From Flavobacteriaceae bacterium (GTDB taxonomy: Bacteria > Bacteroidota > Bacteroidia > Flavobacteriales > Flavobacteriaceae), in contig JAZGEV010000011.1 in NCBI GenBank assembly GCA_036478895.1, forward strand, positions 25,836-89,835: DNA of 64,000 nt. Direction: 5' to 3'. Each line of letters begins with the position of its first letter. Within the stretch, counting starts at the first letter, position 1. The notes under the pieces were generated by a model. The model saw only the letters and a list, made by a program, of their open reading frames with translations, did no database searches and had not been told where the DNA came from. A program made the position numbers and the translations under genes. Positions 38,179 through 47,645 of the stretch are shown here, piece after piece.

Positions 38179-38235
38179 CTTAAAAACCCCGCCAATTAAT
38201 AATACGTTGTTAGCAAACAATTAGGGGTTTTTAAG
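38179..38235 (+). terminator. Long-loop hairpin terminator
   Basis: CTTAAAAACCCC...GGGGTTTTTAAG, a 12-bp stem. Confidence 0.5.
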
Positions 38236-38349
38236 TTAATCAAACCAAAACAACCGTTAAAGGTATAAATCAGTCGGTTACATAAATAAGACTTGTATTG
38301 TAAATAGTAAAATTATATCATTGATTAAACATTTTAAAACTAAAACATA

Positions 38350-40818
38350 ATGAAAACAAAAGTACTTTTATTATTACTAGTTATTACAACTAGTATTAAC
38401 GCACAATTTACTGAGAACTTTGATAATTATAATTTAGGTACTGTTCTTTATCAAAACCCTGATTTATGGTCAACTTGGTCGGGATATGCAGAACCTTATT
38501 CGCAATTAATCATAGACAATGCACAATCGGTCTCTGGCTCACAAGCTGGTTATGTAGGACCAGATTATGTTACCGATGCCTTTCTATTATTAGGTAATAA
38601 AATATCTGGACAATGGAATCTTACGTTTCAAATGTATATACCAACAAATAAAAGTGGGTATTTTAATATTCAAGGTGCTCTAAGTGAGATTGGTGGCGTT
38701 TCAAATCCTAATGAATTTCTTGGAGGAAATGTGTCTTTTAATCAAGATAATACAAGTGCAGGAGTTGGAACATTAAATAGTATTAATTTTAATTTTCCTC
38801 ACGACACTTGGTTTTCTATAGAATTAATATTTGATGTAGATAATAAAACTTTCCAACTAAAAGTTAATAATAGTATTGTTAACATAACGCCTATTGATTT
38901 TGAAAATATACAAAATACAACAACTCAAATAGAGGTATTGGGCGCAATAGATTTCTTCTCTGCAAGTGCAACAAATGAGTATTGGATAGATGATATTGTA
39001 TATACAGGCAGTAGTATTCACACATTCATTCCAGATGATAACTTTGAACAAGCTCTAATAGATATTGGTTTAGACTCCAATTTAGATAATAAATTTATTA
39101 CAGCAGATTTACCAACATTAACATCTATAAATCTTGATAATAAAAATATTAATAATTTAGTTGGGATAAATGCGATGACTAATTTACAAACCTTAAGTTG
39201 TTCTGGTAATAATATTACAAGATTAGATCTTAGAGGGAATACACAATTAACAGCTATTAATTGTAGTAATAATAGTATCTCTGGCTTAATATTTACCGAT
39301 ACAGACTTATCTAATAAAAACAGTAATAACACAACAAATTTAACTGGTTTTCAAAGTTTAGATTGTAGTAATAATGCATTAACTGCACTGGATCTTACAA
39401 ATAATACAGCGTTAACGGTATTAAATTGCAGTAATAATAACCAACTTACATCATTAAACATTCAAAATGGCGTGAATACAAACCTAACTTCTTTTGATGC
39501 TACTAATAATCCATTAATCACTTGTATTTTTGTAGATGATGTAACTTACAGTACTGCAAATTGGCCAAATATAGATACAACTTCAACTTTTGTAGCAAAC
39601 CAAACCGAATGTGAAAATATTGTAACATATGTACCAGATGATTGGTTTGAATATAAATTAATACTAGCAGGTTACGATGATGTATATGATGATTATGTGA
39701 AAACTATTAATATTAGAGCTGTAGGAAATTTAGATCTTTCTAATAATAATATGACCAATTTAACAGGTATTGAAGACTTTGCAGGCTTAAAAAATTTAAA
39801 TATTTCTACTAATGTTAATTTAGGAAGTATTGATGTGACTAATAATAAATTTTTAAAAGTATTAAATGTTCAAGATACAGCATTAACCAGTTTAGATGTT
39901 TCACAAAATGAAGATTTAGTTTCACTTAATTGTTATTTTAATAACTTAACAAGTTTAGATATTTCTCAAAATACTGAGTTAGAAATATTAAATTGTAATT
40001 TAAATGATATACCAAATCTAGACGTGTCTCAAAATAATAATTTAACATCTTTAAGTTGTTATGGTAATAATTTTATTAATTTAAATATAAGTAATCTTAC
40101 TAATTTAACTTATTTAATGTATGGTAATACATCATTGGGCAATATGGATTTAAGTCAAAATGTAAATTTAGAAACACTGTATGCGCTTTATGTAAACACA
40201 TTGGATATTACCGCAAATTCATTATTATCATTTTTAGGAATATATTATTCAAATATACCAAATATTGATTTAAGCCAACACGGTAATTTAACAAGTTTAA
40301 ATTTATATGATAATGATAATTTAATAAATATAGATTTAAGTCAAAATACCATGTTAAATGATTTGTTTTGTACTTCAAGTGATAATTTAATAACACTTGA
40401 TCTTAGAAATGGGAATAATACAAATTTTGTAAATTTTAATGCAAATTTTAACCCTTTATTAACTTGTATTTATGTAGATGATGCTGGTTGGAGTCAAGCC
40501 AATTGGACAAATGTAGATACGGCAGTTTCTACTTTTATAGAAACAAATGCTGAATGTAGTACCTTGCTTTCTATAGATGATGAAGCGTTAAATGAGGTAA
40601 TTACTATTTATCCAAATCCTGCCAATGATATAATTACTATTAAAACTAAAGATAATGCAGTAATAGATAATATAACCATTTATAATAGCTTAGGTAAGAA
40701 GGTGAAAACTTCTAATCAAAATATTATGAATATAGGAAACCTGGAAAAAGGCATCTATTTAGTTGTAATAACAGATAACGATGGGAAAATTGCTAGAAAA
40801 AAAATACTTAAAAATTAA
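38350..40818 (+). CDS. Leucine-rich-repeat surface protein with T9SS C-terminal sorting domain
   Basis: Signal peptide and N-terminal lectin-like domain. Two blocks of about 22-aa LRRs (LTSLDxSxNxxLxxLxCxxNN), each capped by C(I)(F/Y)VDDxxxSxANWxNxDT. CTD reads ITIYPNPANDIITIK...GIYLVVITDNDGKIARKKILKN. Confidence 0.85.
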   Translation: MKTKVLLLLLVITTSINAQFTENFDNYNLGTVLYQNPDLWSTWSGYAEPYSQLIIDNAQSVSGSQAGYVGPDYVTDAFLLLGNKISGQWNLTFQMYIPTNKSGYFNIQGALSEIGGVSNPNEFLGGNVSFNQDNTSAGVGTLNSINFNFPHDTWFSIELIFDVDNKTFQLKVNNSIVNITPIDFENIQNTTTQIEVLGAIDFFSASATNEYWIDDIVYTGSSIHTFIPDDNFEQALIDIGLDSNLDNKFITADLPTLTSINLDNKNINNLVGINAMTNLQTLSCSGNNITRLDLRGNTQLTAINCSNNSISGLIFTDTDLSNKNSNNTTNLTGFQSLDCSNNALTALDLTNNTALTVLNCSNNNQLTSLNIQNGVNTNLTSFDATNNPLITCIFVDDVTYSTANWPNIDTTSTFVANQTECENIVTYVPDDWFEYKLILAGYDDVYDDYVKTINIRAVGNLDLSNNNMTNLTGIEDFAGLKNLNISTNVNLGSIDVTNNKFLKVLNVQDTALTSLDVSQNEDLVSLNCYFNNLTSLDISQNTELEILNCNLNDIPNLDVSQNNNLTSLSCYGNNFINLNISNLTNLTYLMYGNTSLGNMDLSQNVNLETLYALYVNTLDITANSLLSFLGIYYSNIPNIDLSQHGNLTSLNLYDNDNLINIDLSQNTMLNDLFCTSSDNLITLDLRNGNNTNFVNFNANFNPLLTCIYVDDAGWSQANWTNVDTAVSTFIETNAECSTLLSIDDEALNEVITIYPNPANDIITIKTKDNAVIDNITIYNSLGKKVKTSNQNIMNIGNLEKGIYLVVITDNDGKIARKKILKN

Positions 40819-40902
40819 AACGTCCATTCATTTTTCCTTTAGTTGTTTTATAATAAAAAAACCAAAGGATTTTTAACACTATAAAGACAGTTGTTAGTTT
40901 TT

Positions 40903-40950
40903 GAAAATGCCAAGTAGTTTATTATTAAAATTATATTGGCATTTTCTTTT
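40903..40950 (+). terminator. Hairpin plus T-run after the LRR gene
   Basis: GAAAATGCCAA-N22-TTGGCATTTTC (11-bp perfect arms) followed by TTTT. Confidence 0.55.
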
Positions 40951-40991
40951 AATAAAAAAATCTTATATTTAACCAATTCAACAATACTACT

Positions 40992-41972
40992 ATGAAAAAA
41001 ATACTTTTATTAGTCCTTTTCTTTGTATATATTTCAGGGTATTCGCAAAAACTTGTGTGGAAAAGTTCTAAAATAGAATCCGTGAAAAAATATGTTAAAG
41101 ACAATAAAATTACTTTAGACAAAAGAACTCAGCAGTATAAAAAAGGAAATACTATTCATTTATTTATAGATGAAAATGGTAATCATATATTAACAGGATA
41201 TCCAACTAAACTACATAACAAAAATCTATTTATTGTAAATTTAGTTGTATCTAAAAAAAGTTTAAAAAAATACATTTTTACATGTAATGTTGAAGGAGAT
41301 TATAGTGATGATTTAGTTATTGAAAATGGAAATGCACATCATAATGAAAATATTCGTCAAAACACAGAAGTAAAAGAAGTGTTTACTACCAAACCTTTTG
41401 CTAAATATGGAGAATTTACCGACTCCTTAAGTATAGATATTATAAAAAAAGATGGGGATAATGAAGACGTAATTTATAGTAAAACACTATCTATATCTAA
41501 AACATACCACATAAGTATTGCTACTGGATTTTTTGTTTCAAATTTATCGAACCCATTAAATATAAAAGCTGGTATTACTAATACAGGAGAAGCAACACTA
41601 ATAGCCGATGAAGTAGAAAGTAGAGGAATTGTTTCGTTAAACGCTGTTTATTATCCTTATGGTAGAAATTACATGTTTCCTAAAGAAAAATTCTATCAAA
41701 ATATAGGAATACTTGTAGGAACACAAGTAGATAAAAATCAATTTGATAATTTATTTAGTGGTTTACAATATGATTTTTCTAGAGGTGGAAGTATTGCTTT
41801 TGGTGTCCATTATGGAAAAGTAAATACACTGTCTGGTTTAGAAGATTTTACCTATGGCGAAACTCTTTTTAACGGTGACTTAAATACTATTGTTAAAAAA
41901 GAATGGAAAACAGGCTTTTTTGTAGGCTTAAACTTAGATGTTAGAATTTTTAAAAAATTATTTAATTTATAA
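40992..41972 (+). CDS. Secreted protein, function unknown, with beta-barrel-like C-terminal half
   Basis: Signal peptide (YISGYSQ). C-terminal strands such as GSIAFGVHYGKV and KTGFFVGLNLDVRIF. First gene of a tightly packed four-gene run. Confidence 0.45.
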   Translation: MKKILLLVLFFVYISGYSQKLVWKSSKIESVKKYVKDNKITLDKRTQQYKKGNTIHLFIDENGNHILTGYPTKLHNKNLFIVNLVVSKKSLKKYIFTCNVEGDYSDDLVIENGNAHHNENIRQNTEVKEVFTTKPFAKYGEFTDSLSIDIIKKDGDNEDVIYSKTLSISKTYHISIATGFFVSNLSNPLNIKAGITNTGEATLIADEVESRGIVSLNAVYYPYGRNYMFPKEKFYQNIGILVGTQVDKNQFDNLFSGLQYDFSRGGSIAFGVHYGKVNTLSGLEDFTYGETLFNGDLNTIVKKEWKTGFFVGLNLDVRIFKKLFNL

Positions 41973-41999
41973 TTACTATTAACTAAAAAACCAATTTAA

Positions 42000-42665
42000 A
42001 TGAAAACAACAACAACATTATTTTGTATTGTATTATTTAGTGTCTTTATTTTATCTTGTAAAGGAGATGAAAAAATAGATAGAAAAGCATTTTTAAAAGC
42101 CGCTAAGAAGCATTACGATAATCAGAAATATTTTAAACCAACTATAAATAAAATAAAAAATAAAAAAACAGGTGATATTGTCTTTTTAGCCGCAACAAAT
42201 AATTTTAATATTTGTGATAAAAGTAGTTTTACGACATCTTATCAACGAAGTCATTTACATTGTTCTGAAGAATTATTTGAATTAAAAACTTCTTTAAAAG
42301 TTACAAAAGATGAAAATAATAGTTATAAATTAGATACTTTTTCTACCAAGATAGTTGGTAATACTATATATTATCTTAAAAAAGATGGTATGAAAGTTAT
42401 AAAACCATTTGCTGGAGAAACTAAATTTTTAGAAATAAATGTATTATTAACCGAAAATGAAAATGAATCTGAAAAAATTGTCACTTTAAATATGAATGAA
42501 ATGGTAAATAAAAATTTAAACGTTGGAGATATTTTAGATTTTCATTTGATAAAACCAGATGGTAATAGACTTGGAGATACTAATTGCCCTAACTCATTAA
42601 TTAAACATAATAATATTGATGATTATGATTATAACTTTTGTGCATCGCAGATAACCTGTGAATAA
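42000..42665 (+). CDS. Cys-rich lipoprotein, function unknown
   Basis: Lipobox ILSCKG and six further Cys. Lies 27 bp after the previous gene and 2 bp before the next. Confidence 0.45.
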   Translation: MKTTTTLFCIVLFSVFILSCKGDEKIDRKAFLKAAKKHYDNQKYFKPTINKIKNKKTGDIVFLAATNNFNICDKSSFTTSYQRSHLHCSEELFELKTSLKVTKDENNSYKLDTFSTKIVGNTIYYLKKDGMKVIKPFAGETKFLEINVLLTENENESEKIVTLNMNEMVNKNLNVGDILDFHLIKPDGNRLGDTNCPNSLIKHNNIDDYDYNFCASQITCE

Positions 42666-42667
42666 TA

Positions 42668-44122
42668 ATGAAAAAACACTATCTTTTATATCTGTTCTTA
42701 TTACTAACTATTACTTTATACGCTCAAAGTAATTTAAAAGATAGTGTTGTTTTATCCATAAAAAAATTACAACTAAATAAAGCTTTAAAATTTTCTCAAA
42801 AAATAAACGATCCTATAAATTCAGTTTTTTTTAAGGAGCTAAATTTTTTAATTAAAGGCAATACTTTGGATACTATTCATAATACATTTTCAGAGATTAA
42901 AAATAACATTATAGTAAATTTATACAATGGTGATGCTGTACTACGTTATTCGCCACCAAACGACTCCTTAGCGTTTATATATTATAAAAGAGCTTTAAAA
43001 TTAGCAAGCCAAAAACAATTAACACTTTATAAAAATATAAGTTATAAAAAAATATGTAATGTCTTACAAAAAAATAATTTTAGTAATAATGATTTTAAAA
43101 TTTATCTTAATGATTTTGAACAATCTTCAATAGATTCGGTTGATAAATTTTGGGTGTCGTATTATAAATATGGACAACATTATTTTATAGAAAAACGAAA
43201 AGATAAAAGAGAATTTAATTTTTCATACGGAAAAAATATGCCTTTTTTACAAGCATCAATACTACAATTTAAAGGTGTTAATGCAGTCATTAAAAAGCAG
43301 TACAATAATGCTAGTTATTTTTACAATTCTGCAATTAAAAAACTTGAATCTTATCCATATTCTATCAGTAAGAAAGCTGTTCAAAAAATAAAATTTAATC
43401 TTTCAATAATAGAATTTAATAAAGGAAATTATCTAGCTGCCATTGAAAAATTTAAAAAAATAAAAATCTATAAAAACAAACAAATAGACCTTTTTAGACA
43501 CCATTGGATTAGTAAAAGCTACGACTCCTTACACCAAAAAGATAGTGCCGATTTTTATTATTTAAAATTCTATAAATTAAAAGATGACATTGATAAAAAA
43601 GGACATGCATTGGCAATAGTTCAAAATAATGCTCAAGAAAGAGATGCAGAAAATAATACGATTATAGCAAAGCTAAATAAAAATATGAATACCTTATTAC
43701 CTATATTAGCAATCATAGTTTTTTTACTAAGCTTGGTATTTTTACTCTATAAAAAATACGCTAAAAAAACAATTGTTTTAGAAGAAGAAAAATCTGAAAC
43801 GCTACAAAAATTAGACGAACTAAAAGATATAGTCATAAAAAATCACATTGTTTTAAAAGATAAAACTAAAGTTTATGTGGCAGATTTACTCTACATAAAA
43901 TCTGACGATCATTATTTAAAAATATTTTTAAGCGATGGAAATAGTCATTTTGTAAGAGGTAAATTATCTGAAGTTATTAAAGAATTACCACCAAATTTTA
44001 TTAGATCACATAGATCATATATAGTAAATAGAAATTTTGTAAAACAAATTAACAATACCTTTATTATCCTTACCGATAAAACCGAAATACCTCTTTCACG
44101 TTCTTATAAAGATAAATTTTGA
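42668..44122 (+). CDS. Membrane-anchored LytTR-domain transcriptional regulator with a TPR-like periplasmic sensor region
   Basis: Signal peptide, about 330-aa helical Y/K-rich repeat region, TM LLPILAIIVFLLSLVFLLY and C-terminal LytTR (LLYIKSDDHYLKIFL...FIRSHRSYIVNRNFV). Confidence 0.8.
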   Translation: MKKHYLLYLFLLLTITLYAQSNLKDSVVLSIKKLQLNKALKFSQKINDPINSVFFKELNFLIKGNTLDTIHNTFSEIKNNIIVNLYNGDAVLRYSPPNDSLAFIYYKRALKLASQKQLTLYKNISYKKICNVLQKNNFSNNDFKIYLNDFEQSSIDSVDKFWVSYYKYGQHYFIEKRKDKREFNFSYGKNMPFLQASILQFKGVNAVIKKQYNNASYFYNSAIKKLESYPYSISKKAVQKIKFNLSIIEFNKGNYLAAIEKFKKIKIYKNKQIDLFRHHWISKSYDSLHQKDSADFYYLKFYKLKDDIDKKGHALAIVQNNAQERDAENNTIIAKLNKNMNTLLPILAIIVFLLSLVFLLYKKYAKKTIVLEEEKSETLQKLDELKDIVIKNHIVLKDKTKVYVADLLYIKSDDHYLKIFLSDGNSHFVRGKLSEVIKELPPNFIRSHRSYIVNRNFVKQINNTFIILTDKTEIPLSRSYKDKF

Positions 44123-44135
44123 TTAGTTTTGTAAA

Positions 44136-44819
44136 GTGAACCGTATAAACCGTATAACTGCAATTCTTACCCAATTACAATCCAAACGTGTTGTAACTGC
44201 ACAAACCATTGCAGATCGGTTTGATATAAGTTTACGCACTGTTTATAGAGATATAAAATCACTAATGGAAGCTGGCGTTCCAATAGGATCGGAAAACGGA
44301 TTGGGCTATTTTATTGTAGATGGTTATCGTTTACCTCCAATTATGTTTACCGAAGACGAAGCAAACGCACTTATTACAGCCGATAAGTTAGTTCATCAAA
44401 AAAATGAAAAATCATTATCAAAAAATTATTCATCGGCATTGATAAAAATAAAAGCCGTTTTACGCAATCAACAAAAAGAAAAAATTGAATTATTAGACGA
44501 GCGTATTGGTGCAGATATTAAATATAGTATCAATCCAAAATCAGATTATTTATCAAAAATCCAAATAAGTATAACCGATTTTTTGCAACTCAATATAAGT
44601 TATCGTTCCATCTATAAAAACGAATTGACCAAACGGCACGTAAAACCACTCGCGCTATATTTTACCGAAAACGATTGGATTTTAGTCGGTTATTGTATGC
44701 TTAGAAATGCCATAAGAGAATTTAGATTGGATAAAATAGAAAGTCTTCAAATAACTGAAATTGCATTTGAACACTTTAAAGATTTTAATTTATCACAATA
44801 TCTAGAAGAAACACATTAG
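44136..44819 (+). CDS. YafY-type HTH + WYL domain transcriptional regulator
   Basis: GTG start 13 bp after the LytTR gene. HTH reads AQTIADRFDISLRTVYRDIKSLMEAGVPI. WYL region reads WILVGYCMLRNAIREFRLDKIESL. Confidence 0.8.
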   Translation: MNRINRITAILTQLQSKRVVTAQTIADRFDISLRTVYRDIKSLMEAGVPIGSENGLGYFIVDGYRLPPIMFTEDEANALITADKLVHQKNEKSLSKNYSSALIKIKAVLRNQQKEKIELLDERIGADIKYSINPKSDYLSKIQISITDFLQLNISYRSIYKNELTKRHVKPLALYFTENDWILVGYCMLRNAIREFRLDKIESLQITEIAFEHFKDFNLSQYLEETH

Positions 44820-44968
44820 TCAGGATTTCATTTAAAGTTAAACCTTAACTTTATAACTATCAACGTATTAGTATTAAGTATTATCTCTTTCAGCGAAGAA
44901 ATTTTTAATCTTGCAATAAATTTCTTATTTTAAACCCATGTTGACACACTGTTGTCATTCATCCTATT

Positions 44969-44976
44969 TACTTTTG
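44969..44976 (+). promoter_or_regulatory. Candidate Bacteroidota -7 box (TACTTTTG) for recA
   Basis: Matches TAnnTTTG. Spacing to the upstream TTG elements (14 or 25 nt) is not ideal. Confidence 0.3.
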
Positions 44977-44995
44977 TAGCATAGTTATTACAAAC

Positions 44996-45022
44996 ATGTT
45001 GATAAAAACAAAAAATCAACAT
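44996..45022 (+). promoter_or_regulatory. Inverted repeat ATGTTGAT-N11-ATCAACAT in the recA leader; candidate operator or 5'-UTR hairpin
   Basis: Perfect 8-bp arms, 53 bp upstream of the recA ATG. Confidence 0.4.
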
Positions 45023-45074
45023 AAAACAAGGATAAACATTCATTAATTTAGCAAACAAATAAATACAGAAAATT

Positions 45075-46085
45075 ATGGCAGCAAAAGAAGATAAAGAAAA
45101 AGCAGCAAAACTAAAAGCATTACAACTTACACTAGATAAACTAGATAAAAGTTACGGTAAAGGTGCTGTAATGAAATTAGGCGATATAGTACATCAAGAT
45201 GTTGATGCAATATCATCGGGATCATTAGGATTGGATTTAGCCTTAGGAATTGGTGGATATCCAAGAGGTAGAGTTATTGAAATTTATGGACCAGAATCAT
45301 CGGGTAAAACTACTTTAGCAATTCACGCTATTGCAGAAGCACAAAAAGCAGGAGGCATTGCAGCATTTATTGATGCAGAACATGCTTTTGATCGTTTTTA
45401 TGCGGAGAATTTAGGCGTAGATATTGATAATTTAGTTATTTCTCAACCAGACTATGGAGAACAAGCTTTAGAAATTGCCGATAATTTAATTAGCTCTGGT
45501 GCAATTGATATTATTGTAATTGATTCTGTTGCAGCCTTAACACCAAAAAGTGAAATTGATGGCGAAATGGGTGATTCAAAAATGGGATTACACGCACGTT
45601 TAATGTCACAAGCTTTACGTAAATTAACAGGAACTATTAGTAAAACAAATTGTACAGTTATATTTATAAATCAATTACGTGAAAAAATAGGTGTAATGTT
45701 TGGTAATCCAGAAGTAACCACAGGTGGAAATGCCCTTAAATTTTATGCTTCGGTTCGTTTAGATATTCGTAGAAGAACTCAAATAAAAGATGGTGATAAA
45801 GTTATAGGTAATTTAACCAAAGTAAAAGTAGTTAAAAATAAAGTTGCACCACCTTTTCAGATAGCAGAATTTGATATTATGTATGGTAAAGGAATTTCTA
45901 AAGTTGGTGAAATTTTAGACCTTGCTGTAGAACATAATATTGTAAAGAAAAGTGGTTCTTGGTTTAGTTACGGTGAAACAAAATTAGGACAAGGACGCGA
46001 TGCTGTAAAAGGCTTAATAGCCGATAATCCTGAATTAATGGATGAACTAGAAACAAAAATATTTGATAGCTTAAAAGAAAAGTAA
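45075..46085 (+). CDS. recA: Recombinase RecA
   Basis: [18 protein letters not shown] Walker [10 protein letters not shown] and the [35 protein letters not shown] core. Confidence 0.98.
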   Translation: MAAKEDKEKAAKLKALQLTLDKLDKSYGKGAVMKLGDIVHQDVDAISSGSLGLDLALGIGGYPRGRVIEIYGPESSGKTTLAIHAIAEAQKAGGIAAFIDAEHAFDRFYAENLGVDIDNLVISQPDYGEQALEIADNLISSGAIDIIVIDSVAALTPKSEIDGEMGDSKMGLHARLMSQALRKLTGTISKTNCTVIFINQLREKIGVMFGNPEVTTGGNALKFYASVRLDIRRRTQIKDGDKVIGNLTKVKVVKNKVAPPFQIAEFDIMYGKGISKVGEILDLAVEHNIVKKSGSWFSYGETKLGQGRDAVKGLIADNPELMDELETKIFDSLKEK

Positions 46086-46094
46086 TCTTATTTT

Positions 46095-46136
46095 AATAGA
46101 GTAGAAAATTAATATTTTTAAGTTTTCTACTCTATT
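46095..46136 (+). terminator. recA terminator hairpin (14-bp stem)
   Basis: AATAGAGTAGAAAA-N14-TTTTCTACTCTATT, directly after the stop codon. Confidence 0.65.
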
Positions 46137-46645
46137 TATACTATTATTAAAGCTATTAACATTTTAAAATACAATTGTTAATTAACTTTTATAATAAATT
46201 AAAGAACAACTATTTATAAAAAAGACTAATTGTTAATAGTTTTATACTTTAAAAAGATAACTAAGTTTGGTTGTAAAAAATATAAATACAATAGAAAAAT
46301 ATAAATTTTAAATGCAAAAAAAACTATCTCTTTTTCAACACATGTTATTAACAATAAAAGTATAGTTTATTAATAAAAAATAAGAAAAAGATATTAAAAA
46401 TAAACAGTGAATAGGTTTATTAACATAATGTGAATAACCACAAAAGAACCATTCATTTTCAATTCATTAAATAATAAAAACGTGTTCATTTTTTTTAATA
46501 ACTCAAAAACACAAATTATTTAATATATTTTTATAGTACATATTAACAGACTATATAAGACATCATTTTTTTTAAATAATTTTAAAATAAAATAATATAT
46601 ATATAATAAATGTTGATAACATTAAATTAAAAAATAAAAAGGATT

Positions 46646-47101
46646 ATGAAAATAAAAGCCACTAGTGTTTTAGACTATTTAAAAAACATTCCAGAAGATC
46701 GAAAACCGCATATAGAAAAATTAAGACAAACAATTTTAACTAATTTACCATCAGGTTTTGAAGAACAATTATCTTATGGTATGCTTGGTTATGTAGTGCC
46801 TTTAAAAACTTATCCTTCTGGTTATCATTGTAAGCCAGAACTTCCTTTACCTTTTATAAACTTAGCGTCTCAAAAGAATTTTATAGCATTATATCATAGT
46901 GGTATTTATGCTAATAAAAAAATTTACGATTGGTTTGTTACAGCTTATCCAAAACACTGTAAGTATAAAATAGATATGGGAAAATGTTGTATTCGTTTTA
47001 AAAAAATGGAGGATATTCCGTATGATTTAATAGCAGAATTATTAAAAAAATATACTGTAGAAGAATGGATTAATACCTATAAAAAAACACTTAAAAAATA
47101 A
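46646..47101 (+). CDS. DUF1801 (YdhG-like) domain protein
   Basis: VLDYLKNIPEDRKPHIEKLRQTIL...NFIALYH is the family pattern. Confidence 0.65.
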   Translation: MKIKATSVLDYLKNIPEDRKPHIEKLRQTILTNLPSGFEEQLSYGMLGYVVPLKTYPSGYHCKPELPLPFINLASQKNFIALYHSGIYANKKIYDWFVTAYPKHCKYKIDMGKCCIRFKKMEDIPYDLIAELLKKYTVEEWINTYKKTLKK

Positions 47102-47103
47102 GT

Positions 47104-47637
47104 TTATTTATTAATTACATATAACATTTCGGTTTTTAACCAATGACCATCTTCTAATTTTGGATGTTCAAATTCACCATCTTTTTTCATTCCAATTTTA
47201 AGCATTACTTGTTCAGAATTTTTATTAGCTGGAGCTGTAATAGCAACTATTTTTTTTAAATTTAAGTAATTAAAACCATATTCTAAACATCGTTTTGCAC
47301 CTTCGGTTGCAAATCCTTTTCCCCAACTCTCTTTTTGTAAGCGCCAACCAATTTCTACACAAGGTGTAAAATAAGCTTTAAAACTAGTGTTAATTAACCC
47401 TATAAAGCCAATAAATTGATTCGTTTCTAATTCATCAACAGCAAAAAAAGTAAAATTATGTTGTTGATAATGATTTTGTAAACGTAAAATTAACGCATCA
47501 CTATTAATTTTAGTTAAAGTTTTTGGAAAATATGCCATCACATCTTTATCGTTACACATTTTAAAAAATGGTTTTTTATCTGATGTATTCCAGTTTCTAA
47601 AACCTAAACGTTTTGATGTAAAAATGTAATTTTCCAT
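47104..47637 (-). CDS. GNAT family N-acetyltransferase (RimJ/RimL-like)
   Basis: RLGFRNW...IGFIGL...WGKGFATEGAKRCLEYGF. Confidence 0.8.
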   Translation of the reverse strand: MENYIFTSKRLGFRNWNTSDKKPFFKMCNDKDVMAYFPKTLTKINSDALILRLQNHYQQHNFTFFAVDELETNQFIGFIGLINTSFKAYFTPCVEIGWRLQKESWGKGFATEGAKRCLEYGFNYLNLKKIVAITAPANKNSEQVMLKIGMKKDGEFEHPKLEDGHWLKTEMLYVINK

Positions 47638-47645
47638 ATTTTTAA

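Noticed and set aside
46086-46645. Possible oriC. The spacer is AT-rich, lies in a parS-containing and therefore origin-proximal window, and has DnaA-box-like TGTGAATAA/ATAACCACA.
   Set aside because: Only two overlapping imperfect boxes are present, and I could find no cluster of TTATCCACA-type sites. Isolated near-matches also occur at about 444, 945 and 11540. This is not enough to call an origin. It is kept only as an unexplained spacer.
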